Shown here piece after piece: positions 28,932 through 38,494 of a stretch of DNA of 64,000 nt. The translations under genes and the position numbers were made by a program. The DNA lies in the NCBI GenBank assembly GCA_963799395.1, contig CAWCWZ010000051.1, forward strand, positions 6,595 through 70,594, read 5' to 3'. The notes beneath the pieces were generated by a model. It saw nothing but the letters and a program-made list of their open reading frames with translations, made no database searches and was not told where the DNA came from. Position 1 is the stretch's first letter. Each line of letters begins with the position of its first letter. The DNA is from an uncultured Actinomycetes bacterium (GTDB lineage Bacteria > Actinomycetota > Thermoleophilia > UBA2241).

Positions 28932-29438
28932 TCATTGTCGCGCGATGGCCCCGCCATGGGCGCGCGTCGCCAGGCCCTCGAGATCGAGATGATCGAGGTC
29001 CCTGCGGATGGTCATCTGCGACACGCCGAGCAACGCGCTCAAAGACGAGACGCGCACGGCCCGCCGCTCGTCGAGTAGCGCGATGATGTGTGCGCGGCGC
29101 TCGGCGGCAAGAGTTTGCGGCGCCCTGCCCGCCTGTTGGTGCGACCCCACCGGCCGCTGCTCAGGGGGTTCGTCACGCGAGCACCGGTCTACGGCGGCAA
29201 ACACTTCGGGCCCACCCGCCCGCAACGCCACGATATCGGCCAGCGGGACGCGCCAGTGACCGGCGGACGTCTGGAAGGCGTCCGGCAGCAGGCCACTCTC
29301 GAGGGCCGCCCGCATGACGCCGGGATGCACGGCAAGTATGCGAGCGGCGTCTCGTAGCGAGCGCAATCCGGCCTCGTGCTCGATGACGTTGGCGATCTCC
29401 GCTCCCTCGGTAGCGTTCACCCAGCGATGCGGCATCAT
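28932..29438 (-). CDS. DNA-binding protein with excisionase-type HTH (HTH_17-like) plus C-terminal DeoR-type HTH
   Basis: LRSLRDAARILAVHPGVMRAALESGLLPDAFQTSAGHWRVPLADIVALRAG followed by HIIALLDERRAVRVSSLSALLGVSQMTIRRDLDHLDLEGLATRAHGGA. Start taken at MMPHRW. Confidence 0.55.
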   Translation of the reverse strand: MMPHRWVNATEGAEIANVIEHEAGLRSLRDAARILAVHPGVMRAALESGLLPDAFQTSAGHWRVPLADIVALRAGGPEVFAAVDRCSRDEPPEQRPVGSHQQAGRAPQTLAAERRAHIIALLDERRAVRVSSLSALLGVSQMTIRRDLDHLDLEGLATRAHGGAIARQ

Positions 29439-29478
29439 TCCCTCCTTTTCTGGCAACGGCCACGGCTCCTTGCGCGCA

Positions 29479-30075
29479 CTAGAACTCGATCCCGGCGCGT
29501 GCCTGCACACCGCGTTGGTAGTAGTGCTTGACCTCATGCATCTCGGTGACCAGGTCGGCCCGTTCGATCAAGGCCGGTGGCGCGTAGCGGCCGGTGATCA
29601 CGAGCTCGACTGCCGGCGGCCGCGCTTCAACCAACTCGAGGCAATCGCGCGCCGAGAGCAGGCCGAACCAGACCGCGACGTCGAGCTCGTCGAGCACGAC
29701 GAGGTCGTTCTCGCCTGAGATAAGCGCGGCGGCGGCGCGGGCGTGGCCCTCGAAGGCGTGCCGGCGGTGCACCGTGGTGACCTCGTCGCGATGGATGCAC
29801 CCGGGATCGCCGAACTGCTCGACGGTGATCAGCGGGTTGTCGCGCAACGCGGCAATCTCGCCGTAGGAGCTGGCCTTCATGAACTGACCGACCCAGACCC
29901 GCTTACCATGACCGGCGGCCCGCAGGACCAGGCCGAAGGCGGCCGTAGTCTTGCCCTTGCCCTCACCGGTGTAGATGTGCACGTAGCCGCGGCCTGTCGC
30001 AGCTCGAGCGCCAAACTCAGCGCTCCCAGACGTTCGGTCGAGCTTCGCAGACAGCGTATGCGCGGTCGTGGGCAT
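29479..30075 (-). CDS. cobO: cob(I)yrinic acid a,c-diamide / cob(I)alamin adenosyltransferase
   Basis: MPTTAHTL...GRGYVHIYTGEGKGKTTAAFGLVLRAAGHGKRVWVGQFMK...VVLDELDVAVWFGLL...ELVITGRYAPPALIERADLVTEMHEVKHYYQRGVQARAGIEF. RBS AAGGAGA precedes ATG 30075. ORF-track N-terminal extension discounted. Confidence 0.9.
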   Translation of the reverse strand: MPTTAHTLSAKLDRTSGSAEFGARAATGRGYVHIYTGEGKGKTTAAFGLVLRAAGHGKRVWVGQFMKASSYGEIAALRDNPLITVEQFGDPGCIHRDEVTTVHRRHAFEGHARAAAALISGENDLVVLDELDVAVWFGLLSARDCLELVEARPPAVELVITGRYAPPALIERADLVTEMHEVKHYYQRGVQARAGIEF

Positions 30076-30159
30076 GGCTTCTCCTTTGTGGCGATGGAGT
30101 CCGTGGACGATGCGAGGAATGCGCGGCACGAGGAATGGCTCTGGGGGAGTGGGCGGAGG

Positions 30160-30200
30160 AGAGTCGCAACAACACGGTGAGCCGGCCTGATCGGCCGGGA
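30160..30200 (-). terminator. putative riboswitch expression-platform hairpin (attenuator) in cobO leader
   Basis: Minus-strand CCGGCCgatcaGGCCGG stem-loop followed by CUCACCGUGUUGUUG. It lies between the B12 box and the cobO RBS. Confidence 0.35.
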
Positions 30201-30269
30201 CCGAAGTGTTTCTCGAGCGCCGATGTGAAGGCACGCCGGTCCTCCCGCGAGGTTCGCCGTCAGCGTCTC

Positions 30270-30425
30270 CTCGGGGCCCGTCTCCTGGCTTGCCGCCTGA
30301 AAGCCTACTGGTCGCGCCTTCCCGTCTCTCTCTTGAGAGACAGTGGCATGCCGGCGACGTTCGTCAGCGGTCACAGTTGCGGGGCAGCACCGGTCTTGCA
30401 CCGGTTTCCGTGTGCCTCCGAGGCA
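30270..30425 (-). ncRNA. cobalamin (AdoCbl) riboswitch
   Basis: Minus-strand sequence reads GGTGcaagaccGGTGCTGCCCCGCAACTGTGAccgc...GCCACTG...GGGAAGGC...AGGCggcaAGCCAGGAGACGGGCC. It contains the conserved CCCGCAACUGU, GCCACUG and GGGAAGGC elements and a near-consensus B12 box (AGCCAGGAGACGGGCC). It lies upstream of cobO. Confidence 0.85.
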
Positions 30426-30495
30426 GTTACTTGAGAAACATTATCAAATGGCTCTCGCGTCGGTCAAGCGCCGGGCGGGCAGTTTGGCGCCGGGT

Positions 30496-32301
30496 ATGCT
30501 TCACCTACGGATGAAGACCTTCTGGCGCATCACCAAGCTGCTCGGCGACTACCCGTGGCTCGTCTTCGTCGGTTTCAGCACGGCGCTGCTGCAGACGGCC
30601 GCGTCGCTCGCCATCCCCTGGCTCACCCGCGGGGTCATCAACAAGGCGCTCGTGCCCGGCAAGACGAGCCTGCTGATCTGGTACGGCCTGGCGATGCTCG
30701 GGATCGGCGTCCTGCGCTTCGGCTTCGCCGTCGCCCGCCGTCTGTCGACCGGCAAGGTCAGCCTCGCCATCGAGTACGACCTGCGTAACCGCATGTGGGG
30801 TCATCTGCTGCGCCAACCGTTCACCTACTTCGACCGCTGGCCCACCGGGCAGCTCATGTCGCGGGCCATGGCCGACATCCAGAACGTGCGCATGTTCCTG
30901 GGCTACGGCCTCATCTTCTTCACCACCAACATCTTCACGATGGTCGCGGTCACCGTGCTGATGTTCTTTCTGGACTGGCAGCTCGCCCTGCTCAGCCTGG
31001 CGTTCCTGCCACTCCTGCTGCTCGTCACCGTGCGCTTCAGCCGCCGCCTGCAGCCGATCCTGCGCGACGTCCAGCAGAAGATCGCCGACGTCACCGCGAC
31101 GGCTGAAGAGAACGTGACCGGCTCGCGGATCGTACGCATCTTCGCCCGCGAAGACGACGAGCTCGCCAAGTTCTCCGACCGCAGCACGAGGGTGTTCGAG
31201 GCCGAGGTGAGCGCCGCCCGTATCCGCGCCTTCTACGTGCCGCTGATCGGCTTTCTGCCCAATCTCGCGGTCGTCGTGCTGCTCTACGGGGGCGGCCGCG
31301 CGGTCATCGACGGCAGCCTCAGCCTGGGCTCGCTCGTGGCTTTCTACAGCTACCTGATGATGCTCATCTACCCGGCCCAGGTGATCGGCTGGCTCACCGG
31401 CCTCGCCCAGCGCGCCATCGCCTCGGGGCATCGCGTGTACGAGATCCTCGACGCGCCGATCGAGATGCTCGAGCGCCCCGACGCGACCCCCGTGCCGAGC
31501 ATCCGCGGCGAGGTGCGCTTCGAGAACGTGTCGTTCTCGTACGTCGACCGGCCGGTGCTCGAGAACGTCGACCTCAAGGTGCCGGCCGGCCACACGATCG
31601 CCCTCGTGGGCCACACCGGCTGCGGCAAGACGACCCTGACCAACCTGGTGCCGCGCTTCTACGATACCGGCGACGGCCGCATCCTGATCGACGGCCTCGA
31701 CGTGCGCGAGGCCCGCCTCGCCGATCTGCGCAGCCACATCGGCGTCGTCACCCAGGACCCGTTCCTGTTCTCGACGACCGTCGCCGACAACATCCGCTTC
31801 GGTCGCCCCGAGGCAAGCGACGAGCAGGTGCGTGAGGCGGCCGAGCGCGCCCAGGCCGCGTCGTTCATCGAGGCCTTGCCCGACGGCTACGAGACGGTCG
31901 TCGGCGAGCGCGGCCTCTCCCTGTCGGGCGGCCAGCGCCAGCGCATCGCCATCGCTCGCGCGCTCGTCGTCGATCCCCGGATCCTCATCCTCGACGACGC
32001 CACCTCGAGCGTCGACGCCGAGACGGAGTTCAAGATCAGGCGCGCACTGGTCGAGGTCATGAAGGGCCGCACGACCTTCATCATCGCCCACCGGCCGTCG
32101 ACCATCTCGCTGGCCGAGGAGATCGTGGTGATGGACAAGGGACGCGTCGTCGAGCGCGGCGTCCACGCCGAGCTGATCGCCGGCGACACCCTCTACCGGC
32201 GCATGTTCGGCGCCGCGGAGCTCGAAGGCACGACACTCGATGCGGCCGACGGCTTCGCCGGCGATGGGCGCGGCGCGCGGCGCCGGGGCAAGGTGGGCTG
32301 A
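30496..32301 (+). CDS. ABC transporter ATP-binding/permease protein (type I exporter half-transporter)
   Basis: Intact. Six-TM domain plus NBD (GHTGCGKTTL, LSGGQRQRIAIARAL, ILILDDATSSVD). Start chosen at MLHLRMKTFW; the track ORF starts earlier at 30343. Confidence 0.85.
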   Translation: MLHLRMKTFWRITKLLGDYPWLVFVGFSTALLQTAASLAIPWLTRGVINKALVPGKTSLLIWYGLAMLGIGVLRFGFAVARRLSTGKVSLAIEYDLRNRMWGHLLRQPFTYFDRWPTGQLMSRAMADIQNVRMFLGYGLIFFTTNIFTMVAVTVLMFFLDWQLALLSLAFLPLLLLVTVRFSRRLQPILRDVQQKIADVTATAEENVTGSRIVRIFAREDDELAKFSDRSTRVFEAEVSAARIRAFYVPLIGFLPNLAVVVLLYGGGRAVIDGSLSLGSLVAFYSYLMMLIYPAQVIGWLTGLAQRAIASGHRVYEILDAPIEMLERPDATPVPSIRGEVRFENVSFSYVDRPVLENVDLKVPAGHTIALVGHTGCGKTTLTNLVPRFYDTGDGRILIDGLDVREARLADLRSHIGVVTQDPFLFSTTVADNIRFGRPEASDEQVREAAERAQAASFIEALPDGYETVVGERGLSLSGGQRQRIAIARALVVDPRILILDDATSSVDAETEFKIRRALVEVMKGRTTFIIAHRPSTISLAEEIVVMDKGRVVERGVHAELIAGDTLYRRMFGAAELEGTTLDAADGFAGDGRGARRRGKVG

Positions 32302-32411
32302 GGTGGCTCGCCGAGACGGGCAGTGGCACTCCAGCTGGGCCGGGAAGGTCTGCGCGAGCTCGCTCATGGCCGTGCTGCTCGGCTCGTGGTGGCAGGCGTG
32401 CCGCGAGCGGC

Positions 32412-34268
32412 GTGCGGCGCGGCGAAAGCGACGAGGCTGAGATGGCCTGGAGCGGACGCCAGTCGGGCCCTCACGGCAGCGGCGCCGACCTGCACGACTT
32501 CCGTGGCTGGCGCGCCTTCGTGCATCTGGCGCGCGAGCTCAAGCTCGCGCGCCTCGCGCGGCTGGCCTACCCCTACCGCGGCCGGGCGGCGCTCAGCATC
32601 ATCTCGATGGTGGTCGTCACCCTGACGGGTCTGGCCGTGCCCTACCTCGTCAAGATCGCCATCGACTCGGGGATCCAGCAGAAAGACATGCACGTCGTCG
32701 ACCTCGTCATCGTCGCCTTCCTCGCCGTCAACCTCCTGAACCTTGGCGCGAGCTACGTGCAGACCTACCTCGTGAGCTGGGTCGGCGAGCGCCTCATCCT
32801 CGACCTGCGGCGCAACGTCTTCGCTCACCTCCAGAAGCTCTCGCTCGACTTCTTCAGCCGCCAGCGCACCGGCTGGATCGTGTCGCGTCTGACGAACGAC
32901 ATCGACGCCCTCGACCAGCTCGTCACAGACGGCGTCAGCACGCTCGTCACGAACGGCCTCACCATCGTCGGCGCCGCCGTCCTGCTTTTCGTGCTGGACT
33001 GGCGCCTGGCTCTCGCCACGCTCGCCATCATGCCCTTCCTGCTGCTCGGCACCCTCAGGTTCCGCACGCGCTCGGCGCGCTCGTATGCGCTCGTGCGCAA
33101 CCGCATCGGCGACGTCTCGGCCCACCTCCAGGAGTCGATCTCGGGCATGCGCGTGCTCAAGGCCTTCCGCGCCGAGGAGCGCGACATGAAGGGAGAGGTC
33201 GCAACCAACGCCGCCTACCGCGACGCCAACATGCAGACGGTGGTGCAGAGCGGCCTCTACTTCCCCTTCGTGGAGCTCATGTCGGCGGTGGGGATCGTGG
33301 TCGTGCTCTGGTACGGCGGCACGCTCGTCGTCAGCGGCGCCATCCAGGTCGGCGTACTGGTCGCCTTCATCGCCTATCTGGGAAGCTTCTTCGACCCCAT
33401 CCAGCAGCTTTCCCAGCTCTACAACACCTTCCAGTCGTCGATGGCGGCCGTGCAGAAGATCTACACCGTGCTCGACACCGAGCCCGACCTGACCGACGCG
33501 CCCGATGCCCGGCCGCTGCGCGACGTGCGCGGCCGCGTCGAGTTCGACCACGTCACCTTCGGCTACGGCGACGGCGGCGACGTGCTGCACGACGTCGACT
33601 TCGCCGTGGCGCCGGGCGCCACCATCGCCCTGGTGGGCACGACCGGGGCCGGCAAGTCGACGATCATCAAGCTGCTGGCGCGCTTCTACGACCCGCGCGG
33701 CGGGGCCGTGCGCATCGACGGCTTCGACCTGCGCAAGGTGACCACGAGATCGTTGCGCGAACAGCTCGCCGTCGTGCCTCAGGAGGCGTTCCTGTTCACC
33801 GGCTCGATCGTCGACAACATCCGCTTCGGCCGTCCCGACGCGAGCCTCGACGAGGTGCGGCGCATCGCTCGTATCGTGGGCGTGCACGACTTTGTCGAGG
33901 GGCTACCCGAGGGCTACGACACCGACGTCCAGGAGGGCGGCAGCGCCCTGTCGACCGGCCAGCGTCAGCTCATCTCGTTCGCCCGAGCGCTGCTCGCCGA
34001 TCCCCGCGTGCTCATCCTCGACGAGGCGACCTCGAGCGTCGACGCCGAGAGCGAGCAGCGCATCTCGCGGGCCATGGACGTGCTCTTCAGCGGCCGCACC
34101 TCGGTGATCGTCGCGCACCGCCTGAGCACGGTGCGCTACGCCGACGAGATCCTCGTGATCGAGGACGGTCGCATCGTCGAGCGCGGCGATCACGACGGGC
34201 TCCTGCTGGCCGGTGGTCGCTACTGCGGACTGTACCGCGAGTGGGAGGAGACGGGCAGGCTCGTTTGA
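32412..34268 (+). CDS. ABC transporter ATP-binding/permease protein (heterodimer partner)
   Basis: Intact 618-aa ORF. TMD plus NBD (GTTGAGKSTII, LSTGQRQLISFARAL, VLILDEATSSVD). Exact start uncertain. Confidence 0.85.
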   Translation: MRRGESDEAEMAWSGRQSGPHGSGADLHDFRGWRAFVHLARELKLARLARLAYPYRGRAALSIISMVVVTLTGLAVPYLVKIAIDSGIQQKDMHVVDLVIVAFLAVNLLNLGASYVQTYLVSWVGERLILDLRRNVFAHLQKLSLDFFSRQRTGWIVSRLTNDIDALDQLVTDGVSTLVTNGLTIVGAAVLLFVLDWRLALATLAIMPFLLLGTLRFRTRSARSYALVRNRIGDVSAHLQESISGMRVLKAFRAEERDMKGEVATNAAYRDANMQTVVQSGLYFPFVELMSAVGIVVVLWYGGTLVVSGAIQVGVLVAFIAYLGSFFDPIQQLSQLYNTFQSSMAAVQKIYTVLDTEPDLTDAPDARPLRDVRGRVEFDHVTFGYGDGGDVLHDVDFAVAPGATIALVGTTGAGKSTIIKLLARFYDPRGGAVRIDGFDLRKVTTRSLREQLAVVPQEAFLFTGSIVDNIRFGRPDASLDEVRRIARIVGVHDFVEGLPEGYDTDVQEGGSALSTGQRQLISFARALLADPRVLILDEATSSVDAESEQRISRAMDVLFSGRTSVIVAHRLSTVRYADEILVIEDGRIVERGDHDGLLLAGGRYCGLYREWEETGRLV

Positions 34269-34269
34269 G

Positions 34270-35591
34270 AGGCGTGGGCGGGCGCGCGGGGGGCGCAACT
34301 CCACGCGGCGGCGGCGGACGCCCCTGATGTCGGGCAGCGTGATCTGCAACACCGCCGAGCCGAACGTCGCGACGCTGGCCACCGTGAACGAGCCGGCGAC
34401 GCCGATGACCGCGGCAATCGGGCCGGCGACGACGACGCCCAGCGGATAGAAGGCCAGCGAGCCCATGAGATCGAAGGCGGACACCCGCGACAACGCCTCT
34501 GCCCGGATCTGTTCCTGCAGCGTGGTCTCCCAGAGCACGTTGACGAGCGCCGCCGAGATACCGCACAGGGCCGCGGCGCCGATCAGCGCCGCCGTGCCGT
34601 AGCCGAGAGCGAAGAAGGCAAACAGCGGCACCTCGAGCAGCGTGAGCCAGCCGCAAAGGAGCAGGGGCCGCGCCACTCGCAGACGCAGGCCGGTCGCGCC
34701 GCCGATCACCTGGCCCACACCGAACGATGCCAGGATCGCGCCCCAGGCGGTCGCCCCGCCGAGGGAGTACTTCGCGACATAGGGGCCGAGCACGAACAGC
34801 GGCGCGATGATGACCAGGTGAAAGACCGCCGCCTCGCAAACCATCACCCATAGCCAGGTGCGCGAGCGGAACTCCTGCCAGCCGTCGCGCAGATCGCGCA
34901 GGAAGCTGCCGGTCTGGCCGCCGGGCTCGCCTTGCGCAAGAGCGCCGGCGGTGCCGCTGAGCCCCGCCGTGAGGCCGCTCTCGGCGGCCGCCAGCGAGCC
35001 GGCCCTCGTGGAGACCGCCGGAACGAGCCCCCGCAGCCCCCACAGAAACCAGGCGCTCACGAGGTAGGACAGAGCATCGACGCCGATCGCCCAGCCCGAA
35101 CCGATGGCCGCCACCAGCACGCCGCCCAGGGCGGCGCCCAGCGTCACACCCAGACTGTCGGTCAGCCCCCTAAGGGCGTTGGCCTGCTGCAGGTGCCCGG
35201 CGCTGACCGTATGCGGCACCAGGCCGGTCTGGGCCGGACGGAAGAACGCCTCGGCGGTGCCGCGCACGAACTGCAGGACGGCGAGCTCCCAGATGGACGC
35301 GTGGTGAGTGATCAGCAGCCAGGCCATCGCCGCCTGGCAGAAGAAGCGCACTACGTCGGAGACCAGCATCACCCACTGGCGCGGCAGTCGGTCAGCCCAC
35401 ACGCCGCCGATCAGCAGGAAGAGGACGAGCGGGAGGAGACCGGCGGCCACGACGATGCCGAGATCGGTTCGCGTACCGATCTCGAGCACGGCGAAAGCCA
35501 ACGCGACCGTGGTCACCGAGCTGCCGATCAGTGAAATGGCCTGGCCTGTGAACAGCAGCCGGAAGTCCGGTTCGCGCAGGGCTTCGAACAT
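34270..35591 (-). CDS. MFS transporter
   Basis: MFEALREPDFRLLFTGQAISLIGSSVTTVALAFAVLEI... about 12 TMs. No in-frame stop before it runs antisense into the ABC gene, so the 3' end is approximate (possible indel). Confidence 0.7.
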
Positions 35592-35655
35592 CCCCGGGCG
35601 TGAATCGCCTACGCCGACCCTCCCTTGTTCCCGCACGACGCCGCTGGCGGCGTCG

Positions 35656-37935
35656 CTACCCTTCGCCTATCTTCGGCAGGACCCTCTCCAACGATGAGGG
35701 CAGCCACCAGTTGATCGACCCCACGAGACGCATGGTGGCCGGCACGAGCAGGATGCGGATGATGGTCGCGTCCAATGCGATGGCCACCGCCAGGCCTACG
35801 CCGATGGCCTTGGTGATGAGGATGCTGGTGGTCGCGAAGGAGCCCGCGACGATGACGATGATGAGCGCCGCGCTCGTGATGATGCGCCCGGTGCGCTCCA
35901 GGCCAAAGCCCACCGCCTGGCGGTTGTCGCGGGTCTCGAGCCAGGCCTCGCGCATGCGGGTGAGCAGGAACACCTCGTAGTCCATCGAGACGCCGAACAG
36001 GCAGCAGAACATGATCACCGGCAGCGTGGCGTCGACGTAGCCCTCGGGCACGAAGTTGAGGACACCCGACAGGTGTCCCTGCTGAAAGACGAACACGAGG
36101 GCGCCGAAGCTCGCCATGATCGACAGCGAGTTGACGAGCACGGCCTTGAGCGGCAGCCAGGCGCTGCGCAGCAGCAGCAGCAGCACGACGTAGGTCACGC
36201 ACACGACGAAGAGGATGACCCACGGAAAGCGGCTGTAGATGGCCGAGAGAAAGTCGTGGGTGCCGGCCGACAGGCCGGCCACGTGGACGGCGTAGCCCGT
36301 CGGCGGCGGCAAGTTCTTGATCGTCTGCGACAGGGCCTGGGCGGCGCCGCCGCTCGGGTCGCTCTTCGGGGCGACCTGGAAGAGGACGGTGTTGGGCGCG
36401 GTGGTCGCGGCGAGCAGCGCCTGGGCGGCGGCGGCCTTCGGCCCGGGGAACGGCGAAGACCCCGGAAGAGAAACGCTCGCCGAGCCTACTCTCAGCACGA
36501 GGTTCCAGAACGTCTGCACGGTCTCCTGCGACGTCAGCCCCGGCTGGTTGACGATGCTCGTGACGCCGGCCACGTCGGGCAGCGCGGCGAGCTGCTTGCC
36601 GTAGCCGTAGAGCGCGTCCAGGTTCTGCGGCGCGGTCGGCTGCGCCGCCGCGCCCGTGCCCTGCCAGGTGACGAGCACCTGCACCGGGTTGAGCGCCCCG
36701 CGGTCGAAGCGCGCCTGGATGATGTCGTAGCCCTGGCGCGCCTCCTGGCTCGTCGGCAGCGACGTGGCGGTGGGCACGTTCGTCCGGATGCGCACGATCG
36801 GCCCGGCGAAGAGAGCGATCACGGCGATCGTGCCGACCAGCACCACGACGGGATGGTCCATGACCCAGTTCGACCAGGCGCGCCAGAAGCGGCTCTCGGT
36901 GCCGCCGTGCCCGAAGATGCGCAGCGAGTCCACGCGCCGGCCGAGCACGCCGAGCACGGCGGGCAGCAGGGTCAGCGCCGAGAGCACCGAGAACGCTACG
37001 ACGATGGCCCCGCCCAGGCCGATCGAGCGCAGCGACATGTACGAGAACATGAGCAGGCCGGAGAGACCGACCATCACGGCGATGCCGCTGAAGAAGATCG
37101 CCCGTCCGGCGTGGGCGACCGTCGCTTCGACCGCGGCGGCGACGCTCGCCCCCCCGGCGAGCTCCTCGCGGAAGCGGCCGACGATGAACAGCGAGTAGTC
37201 GATGCCCACGGCGAGGCCCAGCAGCGAGGCCACGTTCATCGTGAAGATCGAAAGGCTGAGGCGCTGGGCGAGGAGGTACAGCACGCCGAGCGTGACCGTC
37301 ACGGCCAGGCCGCCGCCGATCACCGGCAGGGCGGCGGCCACCACGCTGCCGAAGACGATGACGAGCACGATCAGGGCGAACGGCAGGGCGTAGGTCTCGG
37401 CCCGGCGCAGGTCGCTCGCCGACACCGTCTCAAGCGCCTGGTAGACGGCCGGGTCGCCAGTGATGTAGGCCGTGAGGCCGTCGGGCTGCAGCCGAGCCCT
37501 GATGCGGTCGACCTGTTGCTGGGCCTGTTCGATCTGACTGTCGAAGACCAGAAGGGCAAGCGAGGCCTTGCCGTCGCTCGAGACGAGGGTCGTGTCGCCA
37601 CTCGACCCGTAGGTCCGCACGCTCTGCAGTCCCGGGATGGTGGCCGCCGTGACGCCGGCCAGCGCCCGCGCCTCGGCCGCCCGGAACTGCGGGCCGCGGG
37701 CGTCCAGCGTGGGGCTCGTGAAGACGACGGCGATCTCGGCGAGGCCGGTGTGCAGGCGTCGCTGCATGAGGTCGAGCGCCCGCTGGGCCGGCGCGCCCGG
37801 GTTGGAGAAGCCGCCCCCCTTGAGCTCGCTGTGGAGGCGGGGGATGGTCGCGAGGCCCAGGGTGAAGGCCACCACCCAGACGGCGATGACCGGCCAGCGG
37901 AACCGGTACGAGAACCTGCCGATCGCGGCGAACAA
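35656..37935 (-). CDS. MMPL-family (RND superfamily) membrane transporter
   Basis: Intact 759 aa with two 6-TM bundles and two extracytoplasmic loops (FAAIGRFSYRFRWPVIAVWVVAF...; FLSAIYSRFPWVILFVVCVTYVVLLLLL...). Confidence 0.85.
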   Translation of the reverse strand: MFAAIGRFSYRFRWPVIAVWVVAFTLGLATIPRLHSELKGGGFSNPGAPAQRALDLMQRRLHTGLAEIAVVFTSPTLDARGPQFRAAEARALAGVTAATIPGLQSVRTYGSSGDTTLVSSDGKASLALLVFDSQIEQAQQQVDRIRARLQPDGLTAYITGDPAVYQALETVSASDLRRAETYALPFALIVLVIVFGSVVAAALPVIGGGLAVTVTLGVLYLLAQRLSLSIFTMNVASLLGLAVGIDYSLFIVGRFREELAGGASVAAAVEATVAHAGRAIFFSGIAVMVGLSGLLMFSYMSLRSIGLGGAIVVAFSVLSALTLLPAVLGVLGRRVDSLRIFGHGGTESRFWRAWSNWVMDHPVVVLVGTIAVIALFAGPIVRIRTNVPTATSLPTSQEARQGYDIIQARFDRGALNPVQVLVTWQGTGAAAQPTAPQNLDALYGYGKQLAALPDVAGVTSIVNQPGLTSQETVQTFWNLVLRVGSASVSLPGSSPFPGPKAAAAQALLAATTAPNTVLFQVAPKSDPSGGAAQALSQTIKNLPPPTGYAVHVAGLSAGTHDFLSAIYSRFPWVILFVVCVTYVVLLLLLRSAWLPLKAVLVNSLSIMASFGALVFVFQQGHLSGVLNFVPEGYVDATLPVIMFCCLFGVSMDYEVFLLTRMREAWLETRDNRQAVGFGLERTGRIITSAALIIVIVAGSFATTSILITKAIGVGLAVAIALDATIIRILLVPATMRLVGSINWWLPSSLERVLPKIGEG

Positions 37936-38044
37936 GCGATCACCTCCGGCGCCCGGAGGCGCAGCCGTGTCGAGACCGCCAAGGATATACTAGCCGCAGA
38001 TGAGCGGCCGCGCCCGCTGCGCGGCCGGCCTCGAGGGGAGCCGC

Positions 38045-38494
38045 ATGGAGGTCAGGCACCAGGTGTCGGCAGGCGGCGTCGTGGCGCGCCCGGGCGCCGT
38101 CCTCGAACTGTGTCTGATCCGCCCGGCCGGGCGCATCGTGTGGGCTCTGCCCAAGGGCTGGGTCGAGCCCGGCGAGACCCACGAGGCCGCCGCCCTGCGC
38201 GAGATCCGCGAGGAGACCGGCATCGAGGGCGTGATCGACGGCGACCTCGACAGCATCGAGTACTGGTTCTACTCGCGCGAAGACCAGGTGCGCATCCATA
38301 AGGTGGTCCACTTCTTCCTCGTGCGCTTCGTCCGCGGCGACACGTCGCAGCACGATCACGAGGTCGCCGAGGCGGCCTGGTTTCCCGTGGAACGCGCCCT
38401 CGACCGCATGACCTACCCCAACGAACGTCAGATCGTGCGCAAGGCGACCGCGTTGCTGGCCGCGGCCGGCGGGGAGCGGACGCCGGGACCCTAG
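38045..38494 (+). CDS. NUDIX hydrolase
   Basis: Nudix box GWVEPGETHEAAALREIREETGIEG. Start at MEVRHQVSAGGVV. Confidence 0.8.
   Translation: MEVRHQVSAGGVVARPGAVLELCLIRPAGRIVWALPKGWVEPGETHEAAALREIREETGIEGVIDGDLDSIEYWFYSREDQVRIHKVVHFFLVRFVRGDTSQHDHEVAEAAWFPVERALDRMTYPNERQIVRKATALLAAAGGERTPGP

Noticed and set aside
30343-30495. First 51 codons of ORF 30343..32301 as part of the ABC exporter
   Set aside because: They overlap the minus-strand cobalamin riboswitch and lack transporter-like sequence. The ABC gene more likely starts at ATG 30496 or 30511.
33903-34270. MFS ORF extension overlapping the 3' end of the ABC exporter by ~120 codons
   Set aside because: The extension reads as the antisense shadow of the ABC NBD. 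The MFS most likely terminates near 34270 and its stop was lost to an indel.
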